DNA of 64,000 nucleotides from Azolla caroliniana. Its lineage: Eukaryota > Plantae > Polypodiophyta. The notes under the pieces are model-generated. The model saw only the letters and a list, made by a program, of their open reading frames with translations, made no database searches and was not told the origin of the DNA. The position numbers and the translations under genes were made by a program. The stretch's first letter is position 1, and each line of letters opens with the position of its first letter. Of the stretch, positions 62,584-64,000 are shown in pieces. The stretch is from positions 26,722,001 through 26,786,000 of the forward strand of contig JBHGNT010000001.1 in NCBI GenBank assembly GCA_043228905.1, in the 5' to 3' direction.

Positions 62584-64000
62584 ATCTCTCTCTTTGGTGA
62601 CCACACACTTGTGGTTGCATTTCCTTTAGGTTGTTTGATATATCTAGGCTAAGCGAGGCATGCTATTGTCCAGGGCTTTTTGTCGATATCTTTCTAGCAA
62701 AGAACTCTACCACTTTGGTCCCAAGAATAAACCTAATGAGCATGTATACGTGTAAGTTCCAACATTTCCCCCAAAATGTCAAGATAAATCCCCCCATGAC
62801 TAGGATTTGATGGCATTGGAATGTCAAGATAATGCCCCCTATGGCTTTGCATTTTGTTTTAACAATAGATTAAAGTATATTAGGGACAACGTGTTGAAAC
62901 TTTCGAGAGGAGATACATGAATTTGCCCCCACTTTTTTATAATACTCTTTCAAAGAGATAAAGAAAATGCTTTACAACACGAGGAAAGCCTCTTGAATAT
63001 ACTCGTCATAAATACTTTTTGTTATAACACGATGCCTGATTGCTCTTGGTCAAAACATATTAACACATTTTTCCTCACTCGGCTTGACATGTAGCCCTCT
63101 CTTATCCTCCCTTTTTGTGTGTGGCAACCCATTATATCTTATTATGAGTTATTGTCTAATCAAATAATTCTATCCATTCACAAATCATGGGGAACAAGTT
63201 CATGCATCTTACCCCCACTTGGTTATATTCTGGTAACCAATCTCCAAGAATTTCTCCAAAAACGCGAGAGTTCTTCAAAAAATGTCCATCTAAAATTTTA
63301 GTTCTAGCGATTCTTGTGATGTTTGTGACTTCCATCCCTTCTGTGTGCACTCAACTACCATAATTGTTTATTTTCATGAAAATAATACAAAAGAAAACAA
63401 GTTGGGAACCTCAATTTTTTGGCATAACAAAAAACTAAAGAAAACTAGTTATTGATACTCACGAAGGATTGTGTGCAAAATAATAGTGTTGCATAGGACC
63501 ACCAAAAGAAATTGATAACAAAAAACATGTCAACCACTTCAACTCTACTTAGTTTTTAATTTTTTGCAGTTAAAGTCAGCCGCATTGACATCTCATATTA
63601 CAATTATTCGCTTTTATGAAAATACTCGCACTTGATATATCATATCTTACCTTATAATCAGAGTATGACCGATCTCTGTGTGAAATGTTATGCACTATGA
63701 TATCTCATTGCCAAACTTCATAAAATCAACTTTCATCAAGTTTTGATGCATCGTGCCAAAACAAGATTTTGTGAACCATCGATGGATGTTGAAAAGAGGA
63801 TTAAATAATTGTGCCACCAGTTTTCATGAATGTAACAAAATTGCACTTTATATGCTAAAAAAATGGTTGGCTAGTTGTCTGTGCACCACATCCATTTCAT
63901 CCTTTCCTCAGATATATTCCACACTTCTTTATGTGTAACATTGAGATCTATAAGTAAATTCCAAGATATGAAAAGCTGGAATCCCCTCTAAACATGAGAT

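Overview
AT-rich, intron-containing plant nuclear DNA. The degraded PLS-type PPR remnant, the copia gag style and the RTEX-like LINE suggest a seed-free plant, probably a fern (inference). There are three host genes, all on the minus strand: (1) the 5' eight exons of SKI3/TTC37, running off the left edge; (2) a complete 7-exon At1g54610/IBS1-type cyclin-dependent-kinase-like gene with a GC-AG first intron; (3) a complete 7-exon monoacylglycerol lipase/caffeoyl-shikimate-esterase-family hydrolase. Most of the rest is nested transposon debris: several L1-clade LINEs, a 3.9-kb Ty1/copia element lacking RT-RNaseH, a near-complete hAT transposon, hAT-type MITEs with 8-bp TSDs, solo LTRs, gypsy remnants, an RTEX-like fragment and a PPR pseudogene. 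The most striking observation is an L1 family with two independent insertions. Each is flanked on both sides by (CT)nTTTG, lacks a poly(A) tail, and sits a few hundred bp upstream of a host gene in the same orientation. This suggests a sequence-specific LINE that targets GAGA microsatellites in promoters. All calls are from manual reading and no database searches were run.
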